NCBI GenBank assembly: GCA_053919585.1
Contig: CM132796.1
From: Euprymna scolopes
Taxonomy: Eukaryota
Strand: one strand, 5' to 3'
DNA length: 64,000 nucleotides
The position numbers were made by a program, and so were the translations under genes. Positions within the stretch are counted from its first letter, which is position 1. Each line of letters begins with the position of its first letter. Shown piece by piece: positions 38,601 to 46,762 of this stretch. The notes below the pieces were generated by a model. It had not been told where the DNA came from and did not search any database. It was given only the letters and a program-made list of their open reading frames with translations.

Positions 38601-40316
38601 GTTCTGATCTCAATATTCGCAGATATTTGAATCTTATTTTAGTTTTATAATCCCATCTGATCGTAGCAGCGTTTGATCATTCCATTCCTGTTCTCGCGCG
38701 GTTGGGTGTGTTAAACTGAAGCAAGACGGCATTACCACATTGACACGCCGCTTCTAGTTAGATCCACGAAGTTAAGCAACACTGAACCTAGTCAGTACCA
38801 GATGAGTTAGCATTTTGGCATACCAGGTGAGAAAGACGTCAACACCTGCCTGCAAGAGCTTCAATAGCTGCAAAAACCAAGCATCATCATCTCCCCTGAC
38901 GAGGATATACATGGGACTGAGATACGTTTGTGAATTTCATACCCACATGAAACTTCCTCCCTTGAAGGAAGCCAGTTCAACCCGCCTAGGGCGATTATCG
39001 CTTCAGTACAGTACAGTCAGTATTGTATTGTAGCCAGAGACGTGAGGATCCCAGAAAGAGAATAGTTTGTGAGATATTCACTAGCCATCTGGTTCACAAC
39101 TCTAGGCTGTTCTCTTGTTAGGATGTTTTTGGGGAGTAGAAATGACCAAGGAAGATTCTTGTCTACTTCATTCGTAGGGCCGTTGTTTCACGTGCATGAA
39201 TAAAATGGCGTTCCTCACTGATAGCTTTTGTGATACTCGGCTGGCAACCTCCACCAGAAAGGCTACGATTTCTGTACAGTTATTTCTTTGTCCCTTTTGT
39301 CGTTTCTTTATCACCATATTTGTTTTTGTACAGCTTCACGTCCATATCAATTGACCAATCGTTACAAAACCTGGTCATAATATCGGTCATGTTCTAACTC
39401 AGAACTGGTTTAGGGTTTGTGGTGTCTATACCCCAGGTCAACGTTTAAATCACGAAAACTTAAAGTTATAATTTTGGTGATAACTTCGGTTCTGTACATC
39501 GTAGAGACTCCGAACATAGCAAATAAAATAATCAATGGTGTTCTGCATCTTATATGAACTTGAGGAATACAGAATTCAGACCATCATTTTTAAATGTTCG
39601 ATCAAGTTCGAAATTTGGACGAAATTCCAATCACTAATAAAAAAAATGATGTATGCTAATAACAATAACTAACATTAAAAATGTCAGTATGATCAAGTAA
39701 ATTATTTTTGTGACTCAATATTTCCATTACATAACTTCGAAAATACTTCCTACAGCATAAAGAACTAAGGTCGCCATAAGATATTTGCTCATCCATACGT
39801 TGTCAATCAAGTGATTTATATTTAATATAGTAATGGAAATTGAAACATTTACAAACGTATTTAGTCCATACAATTAACCAGTTCGTTGTAATAGTCTCCA
39901 GATTTAGTGAAAATTTGTCCTTAACATCTTTTTTTACATGAAATTGTATTAAAAATATATTTTTTCTATTATTCAAGCTACTATACTCATCATGGTTTAT
40001 ATATTTGCAACGTTTTGGCCGATATAAACTTCGACTTTCTTCAGATTTATCATTTTAGATTTGTAAACGTTCTAGTAGAATCTTTGTGTCGAAGTTGAGA
40101 ACCTGGCTACTTTAACTCATCTATGGAAGTAAATTCTGCTTATTCCGCCATCCCCGACTGGTTAGGATTATTTATTTAATGCCACATTTAGTTATTATCG
40201 TCGGTGGTAAAGACGTGAGTCTTACCCCCCCCCGCCCCGATGAACGATCACTTAGAACTGTTTGGTAACGCTTTTAACAGTTACGCTATGCGTCTACCTG
40301 TACAATTGTAGTACGG

Positions 40317-40393
<77 letters not shown>

Positions 40394-40737
40394 AAGAAGA
40401 AGAAGAAAGAAGACCTTCAAAATATTGTCGTGTTTGCATAGATAGACGTCAGCCTAGTAGTCGTGAGTGGTCAAGGAGGATGGAAAGACCGCAAAGAGAA
40501 AGTACTAACCAGACTTTCACTGGATTAGTGCGAAAAGAAGTGAGACTTGTTGCAACCACAATTCTAGTGAAAGGCAAGTGTTCTTGCCAGCGAGAAATCA
40601 ATGATAAATGGCTGTTGCGATAATGACGAAAGAGGTGAAGAGTACTATAAATTTGGGGATATTTATTGTCACTCAGACTCCAGGGAACGCGACAGAAGAG
40701 AAACGTTGATGATGGCCTGTCTGAAAACTCCTATTTT

Positions 40738-40820
<83 letters not shown>

Positions 40821-41446
40821 TAGCAATACAACCCACTAAAATTAATTAGTTATACTGGAATTGTCTACGTCGACTGAAACGTTGTGAATATAATCATCAA
40901 CATCATCGTCATCATCACCATCGTGGCCACTTGAATCACAGGCTTTATTCGTGGGTCTTTCTATGAGAAGACAGTCTAATCGAGATAGACACATCCTATT
41001 ACGATCGGGCAAATATTAGTTTGGTAATTATAAGCGTGGCTGCATTTTCGCGGCTGCTCTCAACTATTCAGCCGGATGATACTGTTTACTTTCAAACCAT
41101 TTCACATCAACTCTTATTCCATTTCCCCATGCCGCTCTCCCGAGTGAACTTGTCTCACATGCGATCAATTGTGTGATTAATTCCACACATCTTTATATCC
41201 TTATTCAAATTATCCTTATGTCATTTTTTTTTTGTTATCTTTCAACCATTCTATCTCGCACATATAAGAACCAAAGATGGTGTTAATAGTCCGAGTAATA
41301 CTAATAAACTAAAGTGTCAGTCTTCATCCCAAATATTCCAAAATATACGAAATTATCTTCTTTTTTTTTTCTTTTTGCAGAGTAATACCAACCCAAATAC
41401 TTTGGAGAATCCTTTATATTCAGTATCTTCGAATGGAGCCAGTTAA
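3428..41446 (+). CDS. MALRD1-like: 3' part (11 exons, 1133 nt, ~376 aa) of a MAM- and LDL-receptor class A domain-containing single-pass receptor: MAM - S/T/P linker - LDLa - LDLa - EGF - TM - tail with 2 NPxY; the 5' part lies left of the window
   Basis: Hand-spliced exons 3428-3559, 9829-9962, 14807-14915, 17083-17295, 20288-20398, 24225-24291, 26670-26743, 29221-29314, 35797-35878, 38186-38236, 41381-41446. All have AG/GT flanks and matching phases (1,0,1,1,1,2,1,2,0,0) and give one open frame. Domain order matches MALRD1/Diet1-type proteins; orthology not tested. Confidence 0.88.
3700..4440 (-). mobile_element. Degenerate 3' fragments of a CR1-group-like LINE (locally duplicated)
   Basis: 3718-3790 and 4088-4165 are similar to each other; the minus-strand translation contains LLDRVHKK, like the LDRVQNR region of the LINE at 33240. 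Confidence 0.5.
4485..5138 (+). mobile_element. Non-autonomous Helitron-like element
   Basis: Same body as 7655-8035 and 28582-28967; ends in gcccgggc hairpin + TTAG. Confidence 0.65.
6020..6281. mobile_element. Solo LTR (262 bp)
   Basis: TG...CA ends with an exact 5-bp TSD ATGAC at 6015-6019 and 6282-6286. Confidence 0.7.
7326..8035 (+). mobile_element. Two head-to-tail non-autonomous Helitron copies (7326-7609, ~7655-8035) separated by (TA)n
   Basis: Shared body; 3' hairpin (ggcaacgcc core) followed by CTAG (7606-7609) or TTAG (8032-8035) and T. Confidence 0.8.
8088..8325. repeat. Long near-perfect palindrome (~115-bp arms, ~10-nt loop) abutting a (TA)n run
   Basis: tagtaagttataaaatatatatggcgattaagctacactgaatattccagcttatgcgcgaattttgt is reverse-complemented at ~8258-8325. 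Confidence 0.95.
9150..9615 (+). mobile_element. 5'-truncated 3' end of the CR1-group LINE family
   Basis: Matches the reverse complement of 32761-33180, including the tail aacctttatcctcgagtgg...ggccttgataagtggtgactcctatgt + A-rich end. Confidence 0.8.
9829..9962 (+). CDS. Receptor exon, MAM domain: [44 protein letters not shown]
   Basis: atttccag acceptor, gtaagt donor; MAM signature GNQGxxW; phase 1 in, 0 out. Confidence 0.92.
10080..10860. mobile_element. Three Penelope-like pseudo-LTR modules (one -, two +) with hammerhead-like cores
   Basis: 10080-10260 is the inverse of 10277-10430 and 10625-10860; cores at 10170-10134 (-), ~10319-10346 (+, internally deleted) and 10736-10771 (+). Confidence 0.6.
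10533..10625 (+). mobile_element. tRNA-derived SINE head
   Basis: A-box-like TGGCGCAGTTGA and B-box-like GGTTTCAATCC; no intact cloverleaf. Confidence 0.5.
11860..12345 (-). mobile_element. Degenerate RLE-endonuclease (R2/R4/NeSL-type) non-LTR retrotransposon 3' region
   Basis: Translation [10 protein letters not shown]...[11 protein letters not shown] and terminal [13 protein letters not shown], typical of restriction-like-endonuclease LINE C-termini; frameshifted. Confidence 0.75.
13471..14028. repeat. Minisatellite: 17 full copies + one partial of a 32-bp unit GGAAAATTTATTAAAATGTATTACAATCTGTT
   Basis: Unit starts at 13471, 13503 ... 13983, 14015; no spacers. Confidence 0.97.
14450..14750. 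mobile_element. Solo LTR (301 bp)
   Basis: TGTAAC...GTTACA inverted ends with an exact 4-bp TSD ATAT (14446-14449, 14751-14754). Confidence 0.8.
14807..14915 (+). CDS. Receptor exon, MAM C-terminus: [36 protein letters not shown]
   Basis: Pyrimidine tract + ttttag, gtaagt donor; MAM end motif D-x-AIDD-V...C. Confidence 0.92.
15052..15435 (-). mobile_element. Helitron-like dispersed repeat with internal tgaccttga duplications and (CA)n
   Basis: Internal direct repeat ~15135-15235 / ~15270-15365; minus-strand end ...cgggtatattttTTAG|T. Confidence 0.4.
16178..16452 (+). mobile_element. SINE-like dispersed repeat with (AACC)n tail; inverted copy at ~21810-21966
   Basis: gctcccaggtccactctgacccgga...gtagtacctgttagggtcccaactat shared with 21826-21880 (reverse). 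Confidence 0.7.
17083..17295 (+). CDS. Receptor exon: S/T/P-rich linker + LDLa repeat ([37 protein letters not shown])
   Basis: ttcttatgcag acceptor, gtaagt donor; six Cys and CDG-x-x-DC...DE-x-x-C pattern. Confidence 0.93.
17861..18437 (+). mobile_element. Non-autonomous Helitron (second subfamily, with (TATG)n)
   Basis: A|TC 5' end; 3' gcaacgccggg + CTAG|T; sister copy at ~55915-56428. Confidence 0.8.
20288..20398 (+). CDS. Receptor exon: LDLa repeat ([36 protein letters not shown])
   Basis: ttttgtttcag acceptor, gtagga donor; CDG...C-x-DGSDE motif; symmetric phase 1-1. Confidence 0.93.
21020..21224. repeat. Imperfect fold-back next to (TA)n
   Basis: aagtcacaaaaac...tatatagaatga inverted as tcattctatata...gtttttgtgactt. 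Confidence 0.8.
21690..22313. repeat. Fold-back element (arms ~21690-21782 / ~22214-22313) next to (TA)n, with a nested SINE
   Basis: gtaagatgattgata...ataaattgtacgatcgttt inverted at 22214-22307; degenerate CTGATGA core near 22130. Confidence 0.75.
22471..24105 (-). mobile_element. Full-length Tc1-family (DD34E) IR/DR transposon, 1635 bp
   Basis: TA TSD; ~211-bp TIRs (22471-22681 / ~23895-24105) with only a few mismatches; inner and outer direct repeats (ttattggcacg). Confidence 0.97.
22688..23709 (-). pseudogene. Tc1 transposase (~340 codons) with one 1-bp deletion and one nonsense codon
   Basis: [23 protein letters not shown] (DD34E); frameshift just after NPIEN (~22870); the corrected frame continues LWRTLK...[13 protein letters not shown]...KAKGYTIDY*. 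Confidence 0.95.
24225..24291 (+). CDS. Receptor exon: first part of EGF-like domain ([22 protein letters not shown])
   Basis: ttattttag acceptor, gtgagt donor; 4 Cys with EGF spacing. Confidence 0.87.
25010..25812 (-). mobile_element. Internally deleted maT (DD37D) mariner-like element
   Basis: WQQDSAPVH...[16 protein letters not shown] gives 37 residues between the second D and the third catalytic position (here N); right end ...ccaccctg|TA; left end degenerate. Confidence 0.75.
25835..26045 (+). mobile_element. 5S rRNA-derived SINE (SINE3-like) or 5S pseudogene with a 3' body
   Basis: 25835-25950 follows 5S rRNA (ggttctcgtcagatt-acagaagttaag...atgggtgaccg...cgggtgct), then ~90 bp of body and an A-rich end. 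Confidence 0.75.
26670..26743 (+). CDS. Receptor exon: end of EGF-like domain + juxtamembrane linker ([25 protein letters not shown])
   Basis: tcgtttcag acceptor, gtgagt donor; completes C-x-C...RC; phase 2 in matches the previous exon. Confidence 0.85.
27536..27697. repeat. Four diverged 41-43 bp tandem units (catgttaagaacggc...gaatagac)
   Basis: Direct reading; single related units at ~45091 and ~59562 (reverse). Confidence 0.8.
28190..28490 (+). mobile_element. Penelope-like element remnant, GIY-YIG C-terminal region
   Basis: Translation [17 protein letters not shown]...ILHR...[10 protein letters not shown]...KPYLCR*KEF resembles the PLE SAIGQHL...LE...P-x-LC-x-QKEF tail. Confidence 0.7.
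28582..28967 (-). mobile_element. Complete non-autonomous Helitron
   Basis: Minus strand A|TCTATAT... to ...cgggcaacgccgtg hairpin + CTAG|T; no TSD. Confidence 0.85.
29221..29314 (+). CDS. Receptor exon: transmembrane helix + basic stop-transfer ([32 protein letters not shown])
   Basis: tttttaacag acceptor, gtaagc donor; ~23 hydrophobic residues followed by KRKR. Confidence 0.92.
29397..30215 (+). mobile_element. HINE/DINE-like (Helentron-associated) non-autonomous repeat
   Basis: Internal diverged tandem modules, (GACG/GGAC)n-like tract at ~30136-30170, short 3' hairpin and A-rich end. Confidence 0.4.
30943..31366. repeat. Minisatellite: ~11 copies of a 39-bp unit ATAACTTT(A/G)ATTCGAT(T/C)CATCATAAACGCTCTGACTTAC
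   Basis: Direct reading; no spacers. Confidence 0.95.
31605..32088. mobile_element. Probable solo LTR
   Basis: TGTAAC...GTTATA ends; flanks ATGT / ATAT (one mismatch); GC-richer island. Confidence 0.5.
32757..34028 (-). mobile_element. 5'-truncated LINE (CR1-group/Jockey-like RT), disrupted
   Basis: RT motifs [37 protein letters not shown], then [12 protein letters not shown]; A-rich tail at ~32757-32764; possible TSD tctattt. Confidence 0.92.
35270..35475 (+). mobile_element. Dispersed SINE-like repeat; near-identical inverted copy at ~43912-44093 and a fragment at 44641-44688
   Basis: attgtacctatttactatgcctccccacgggaca...gcagcatctgaagaacagatactacactttgatc shared between copies. Confidence 0.8.
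35797..35878 (+). CDS. Receptor exon: cytoplasmic tail with NPAY ([27 protein letters not shown])
   Basis: gtttttaacag acceptor, gtaagt donor; phase 2 in; NPxY motif. Confidence 0.88.
36104..37632 (-). mobile_element. Tc1/Tc3-like (DD34E) transposon with disrupted transposase (~37303-36320)
   Basis: [21 protein letters not shown]...SPDLNVMEN (34 spacing); degenerate ~30-bp TIRs (cgacaata...ggacacttt); right end ctg|TA. Confidence 0.9.
37819..38011. mobile_element. pogo/Tigger-like MITE
   Basis: TA|cagtagacccccgggatacgg ... ccgtatttcggggttttactg|TA. Confidence 0.8.
38186..38236 (+). CDS. Receptor exon: cytoplasmic tail ([17 protein letters not shown])
   Basis: tttattttatag acceptor, gtaagt donor; 51 bp, phase 0-0, open. 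Confidence 0.75.
38721..38835 (+). pseudogene. Degenerate 5S rRNA copy / SINE3 head
   Basis: acggcattaccacattga...gatccacgaagttaagcaac...gtcagtaccagatgagt...ataccaggtg follows 5S rRNA; box A agttaagc at 38770-38777. Confidence 0.75.
40318..40819. repeat. (AAT)n(AAG)n and (GTA)n(AAT)n microsatellites flanking a decayed LINE-tail-like segment
   Basis: Direct reading of the microsatellites; the LINE-tail assignment is tentative. Confidence 0.7.
41381..41446 (+). CDS. Receptor terminal coding exon with NPLY ([21 protein letters not shown])
   Basis: Long pyrimidine tract + gcag acceptor, phase 0, second NPxY, TAA at 41444-41446. Confidence 0.85.
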   Translation, partial: SNTNPNTLENPLYSVSSNGAS

Positions 41447-41844
41447 AGCATGAAACAAAAATGTTTAAAAACCTCATCAACATTTTCATTGTAAAACATT
41501 TTCTATGTTGTAATTTTCTTTTGTCTATAAAATAATCTTCAATATTAAAATCTCTGGTCCTATTTTTATTTAGAGCATTGTTACTTGGCTGACTAGACGG
41601 TACGGTGTTTTAACAATATCAATATAATACATGACGTTATTCTAAGAGAAACACATTGCCACTGGACTGCTTCCTTACTCATATCAACTAGACCATCTTC
41701 AAATCTAATGTCGGTAAATTCCTGTTATTTTATTCATATTTTCTTCAGCGAGTAAGACAAAATGGAAGGTTTGGGTTGGATTTTTTATTTTATTTTATTT
41801 TATTTTATTTATTTATTTTATTTATTTATCTTTTTTTTTTTGTG

Positions 41845-41850
41845 AATAAA
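41845..41850 (+). terminator. Candidate polyadenylation signal of the receptor gene
   Basis: AATAAA ~400 bp after the stop codon; weak evidence in AT-rich DNA. Confidence 0.35.
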
Positions 41851-42339
41851 TTGAATTTACACCTGAAGTACTTACGTGTACAACCGTTTTTGTTAAACAT
41901 ACAATTACCGGCATGATCAAATGCTGTTCATAATTTTCTTAACAAAAATTGGGCAAACATTTTGGAAAAAAAAAAGCAAAAAAAAAAACTCTCTTACAAA
42001 TGAAACCGATTCAGACAAGAATTCTGCTACAGAAATAATTAAAAAATAAAGAGTCACCAAACATACACCAAGCACTTCTATTGCCCAAGCTGGAACAATG
42101 GGCCAACCAACAGCGTGCCAACTATTTTCTGGGGGAATTAACCTAGGACTATATAGATAAGTAAGGCTATATAGACTGGCTGAAAAGAGGATCACTCCCC
42201 TATTATCAGGACAGGATTATAATAGCTATCCAAGGCTTAATGACCAATGGTTTTAAGAAGACAACGGTAGCAATGGTAAGCGTAGGTTCTGTCACACAGG
42301 AATAAAGGGGGCGAGCCATCTGACATCCAGCTGTAAGAT

Positions 42340-42850
42340 TTTGCTGGGGGGGGTACTATACAATGCAACCCAATTGAGTGTGTAAATATATCCAGAAAAC
42401 ATACTGGAAAGAACAGTTGGAAATAAATTATACACCATCCAGTATGATTATTAAATTCCTAAAGTTATGCACCTAGAAAACGAGGGGGTATTTTAATTAA
42501 AACAACGGGGCTATTAAACCTGACATAGTGATATAGGACAAAAAGAAAAAAAAATGCAGTATCAGTAGAACTGTGTGTTTCCAATGGTACTGGGTTAAAC
42601 AGAACTTGGAGGGAAAAGAAAACAAAATACCTAGTTATTATGTACGACATTAAGAAACTGGAATATTAGGAGGATCTCCATCATTCCGGCAAATGTAGAA
42701 GCAACTGGACTCATGAGAAGAATTCAAAAAACTTATACCAAGTGCAAGAGAGATTCGAACAATTTCATTTAAAAGGACGGTTTTAATTATCAAAAAAAAA
42801 AAAACAACAAAAAAAAGAAACTCTCAGTACTTGTACAGTTTAGTCAAGAC
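42340..42850 (+). mobile_element. Degenerate RLE-endonuclease non-LTR retrotransposon 3' region
   Basis: Frameshifted translation KPDIVI*DKKKK...VELCVSN...REKKTKY...ISIIPANVEATGL. Confidence 0.6.
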
Positions 42851-43440
42851 ATTAAAAAAATGAAAATATCGAATTTTTTAAAAATCGTATGTATCCGTTA
42901 TGGAACGAAGTCCTTCGAAAGAAAAAAAATTCACTTAATTTCATCTGGTAGTTTTTTTTTTTTGTTTTATTTTGTGCAGCGAAAAAACAATTTGTTATGA
43001 TACCAAGCAAAATATTCGATTTTTAGGAAGAAAAGCTGGTATTAAAGATGGGGAGGGGTGTTAGCGCTTTAACTGGAGTTATCTCCCTTTGGCATTTCTA
43101 AAATTCAAACAATATTTTTTTTTAAATCCAAGATGGCCGCCTTCAACGTGCTCTAATAAAAACGTGTTTTTCCGCTGTAAAAAAATAAACCTACTTGATA
43201 AAATTATGTGATTTTTTTTTTCGGAGAACTTCGTTCTATAACGAATACATAAAATTTAAACTTTTTTCGATATTTTCATTTTTTTAATGTCGTGACTAAA
43301 CTGTACAAGTACCAAACTCTCGGTTCGAAAAATATGAAATAGCAAATGAATATCTGGCATCGGGTAAGATGCCCCATTACTAACTTGAACCCGCGCTCGT
43401 GCGTGTGTGTGTCTGTGCGTGTGTGTGTAAGAGAGAGAGT

Positions 43441-43486
<46 letters not shown>

Positions 43487-44495
43487 TGAAAAAAAAACCA
43501 AAAAGAAAAACAAATTAAAAAATCATAAATAATTAAAAAGGAAAACTTTACCAGTTCTGATCTAGTTTGATTTTTTTTAATAAATACTCTCATCTAATTT
43601 TGAGACATTTTTTTTCAAACAGAAAAAGGGTAAAATACACAAATTGTTTCCGTTTTTAATCCTCGTTCCTAGTTTTATGTTATTTCCTGGTATGAACTTA
43701 TTTACGGTAGCAATGCTGACCTGTAATTTTATAGTTAAACCAAACTGCTCACTATAAAATGACACTGTGTGTAAGTTTGTGTATGTAAACAAAACTCACT
43801 TTCAGAATAGATGTAAAAAAAAAAAAATATATCTAAGGGCAGTAACTCTAAATATTTTTTATATGAATTACTGCCCTTTGTTTGAAAGCCATGATAAGCC
43901 GTAAAAATACACGGATCAAAGTGTAGTATCTGTTCTTCAGATGCTGCACTTCCATTTCTTGTTCTCTTTCGGTGGAGGAGAAATCCCTCACGACTGAGAC
44001 AATTTTTATTTTTGTACCTTTTCTCCACGTTAAAAAACGACCCTGGTGTCTAACTCTGTCCCGTGGGGAGGCATAGTAAATAGGTACAATCATGTAAAAA
44101 AATAATGATTTTGATCACATTAATTTTTTTTATTTAATAAAAAATAACAGAAAGCATCCTTTTATATATGTTATAAAATATTCAGTAAAATTCAATAATA
44201 AAGTAAAAAAAATAACGGCGCTGTTTTACACAAGGTCACTGTGCAGAGAGAGACAACTCCATTTTACTAAGACATACGTTCATTTTTTCATCTCAATTTA
44301 GGACGCTACTAATAATGATATTTTTTATAAAATAAAAAAATAAAAAAACGCTGCGACATGAAAAATAATTCCTCTACAATTATTGTTGCATTTTCACTTG
44401 TTTGTAATGTAGTCGAAAAAACAAAACAAAAAAAACCCTGTAACATGAAAACAAAGACGATTCTCTTAATAGTCGCGTAAAGACTACATTTTATA

Positions 44496-46303
44496 GGTAC
44501 TGGTCGCGATTAGAGTTCCCTGCCGAACACCCTAAAAAAACACTGACTTATCCCCACGCATGAGCGAAGGACATGTTTTAGTTGCCATAGTAACTAAACG
44601 ATCATGAATTTTTATCGACTTTGTTTTACTGTTTATGAATATTGTACCTATTTACTATGCCTCCCCACGGGACAGAGTTAGACACCAGGATTACTTTTAT
44701 CGACTTTTTTTTTCTTTTTTAAATAGCATTTTCTTTTTTAAATGACTACGTTTTACTGTTTATGTCTCACTTTTATCGACTTTTCTTTTCTTTTTTAATA
44801 GCATTTTCTTAAAATGAATATTAAAATAATTTCCCAACTTTTTTCATTTCTATGTGTTTTTAGTTTTGTGTGTTGAATAAAACTTATTTTTCATTACAAC
44901 AATAGTTATCGACCCCGGTTCTTTGGCTGACAAACGACATCTGTCGGCGGTTCTTGAAACTAAATTACATGCATTCGCTTCATGTTACTGACATGCAGAA
45001 GTGCCAATGGTGCCATAGGTGTTATTGTAAATTAACACTCTTAGCTAATTCCGTAAAATGAGATTCTACTTTTTTAGGCGAATTTGCACCCTCCCCATGT
45101 TAAGAATGGCTTTTTAAATAATAACGTTATTTCAACACGGATCAATAAGTGCACTAGTACCACAAAATGGTGATAGAATAATAAATTTACTTACCACAAA
45201 ATGGTGATAGAATAATAAATTTACTTACGTTTAATCAATGTTATTTTCGCGCCATTCATTCACTTTTATCGACTTTTTTCTTTTTTTTTTAAAATAGCAT
45301 TTTCTTTTTTAAATGACTACGTTTTACTGTTTATGTCTCACTTTTATCGACTTTTTCTTTTTTAATAGCATTTTCTTAAAAGGAATATTAAAATAATTTC
45401 CCACTTGTACAAACATTTTTACATTCGCATATAAACAACTATTTTTTTAAATTTTTAACTTTTTTCATTTAATGAATAAAATAAATCATTTATCATTACA
45501 ATGTGTTTTTAGTTTTGCGTGTTGAATGACACTTTTTTTTTTCATTACAACAATGATGAAACAAATATTCCGGCTTGCGGTAAGGAAGGGTTACGCATGC
45601 CTGGAAGGAATTGGTTCCTGTTCATTTACTTCGATTACAACACAAGACAACTTTATTTTCCAAAATGTTTACAGAGCTAACCTAATGGACCAAGGATTTT
45701 GAATCCGCATATCAGTTCCTTAAGGAAAGGAAGATAGCTGCTTCAAAAATGAACTGCATTGTATGTCAGCGAGAGATGACAGTCATTAACTACCGGGGAA
45801 CGAGAAGATTCCGTTGCAAAACGCACAAAACCCAAACAGCAAGCCTAACCAACGGGTCATATCTGAAACGGTCAAAATTGACTTTCTGAGATTTTATCAG
45901 AGTGGTATACTCATGGGCATAACTATTGTGGTAATGAAAAAAAAAAGTTTCATTCAACACACAAAACTAAAAACACATAGAAATGAAAAAAGTTGGGAAA
46001 TTATTTTAATATTCATTTTAAGAAAATGCTATTAAAAAAGAAAAGAAAAGTCGATAAAAGTGAGACATAAACAGTAAAACAGTAAAAATAAAAGTCGATA
46101 AAAGTGATTAAAAGAGAGATATTATTAATAAATGTGTAGTAATGTCTTTTATTTCAATATTCATAAACATTAAAACAAAGTCGATAAAAATTCATGATCG
46201 TTTAGTTACTATGGCAACTAAAACATGTCCTTTGCTCATGCGTGGGGATAAGTCAGTGTTTTTTTAGGGTGTTCGGCAGGGAACTCTAATCGCGACCAGT
46301 ACC
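44496..46303 (+). mobile_element. Non-autonomous Merlin (IS1016/ISXO2-like) DNA transposon
   Basis: ~135-bp near-perfect TIRs starting GGTAC; exact 9-bp TSD CATTTTATA (44487-44495, 46304-46312); internal remnant at 45665-45832 AYQFLKERKIAASKMNCIVCQREM...FRCKTHK (N-terminal Zn ribbon). Confidence 0.85.
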
Positions 46304-46332
46304 CATTTTATATTATTAATGTTATCAACTTT

Positions 46333-46406
46333 TCTTTTTTTTTCTTTTTTTTTGTACATAGGCGTCGTCACTTATCAAGGCCGATAGACCACTCAAGGAT
46401 AAGGGT
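46333..46406 (-). mobile_element. 53-bp LINE 3' tail + poly(A) forming the 3' end of the chimeric insertion
   Basis: acataggcgtcgtcacttatcaaggccgatagaccactcaaggataagggt matches the tail at 32766-32817; T tract at 46330-46353. Confidence 0.85.
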
Positions 46407-46594
46407 TGTATAATGTCGGGGGTTCCCGTCTCGCGGGTATCAAACAATACGAAAGAATAACAACGCAGGCATTAACATGTTAACAACAGCTCGGTCGCAG
46501 TCAGACTGACGGCCAAAACATAATTTATTGAAGAGCGCACATAACTAAGGGTAGATAAATCATAGAGTTATGTCCCTTGATTGGGGACATCACA
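46407..46594 (-). mobile_element. Gypsy 3' LTR (188 bp) preceded by a polypurine tract (46606-46595)
   Basis: Minus strand GATGGGGAGGGA|TGTGATGTC...AATAAA...GACATTATACA. Confidence 0.8.
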
Positions 46595-46762
46595 TCCCTC
46601 CCCATCTTGGTGGGACAACTTGTCTTATTTTAATTTTTTTTTTGTTTACTAATTTTTTATTTTTATTATTTCTTTTTATTTATTTATTTATCTTACATTA
46701 TGAAGTCTTTGAATCTGGCTGGGGGCAGTCTTTTCCAAGATGGATTTCGTCTCGGTAACTGG

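Noticed and set aside
38721-38835. Functional 5S rRNA gene
   Set aside because: Heavily substituted, degenerate box C, no T-run terminator; the same applies to 25835.
41301-41489. Minus-strand ORF with KYLG resembling a LINE RT thumb
   Set aside because: It is the antisense of the receptor terminal exon and its pyrimidine tract.
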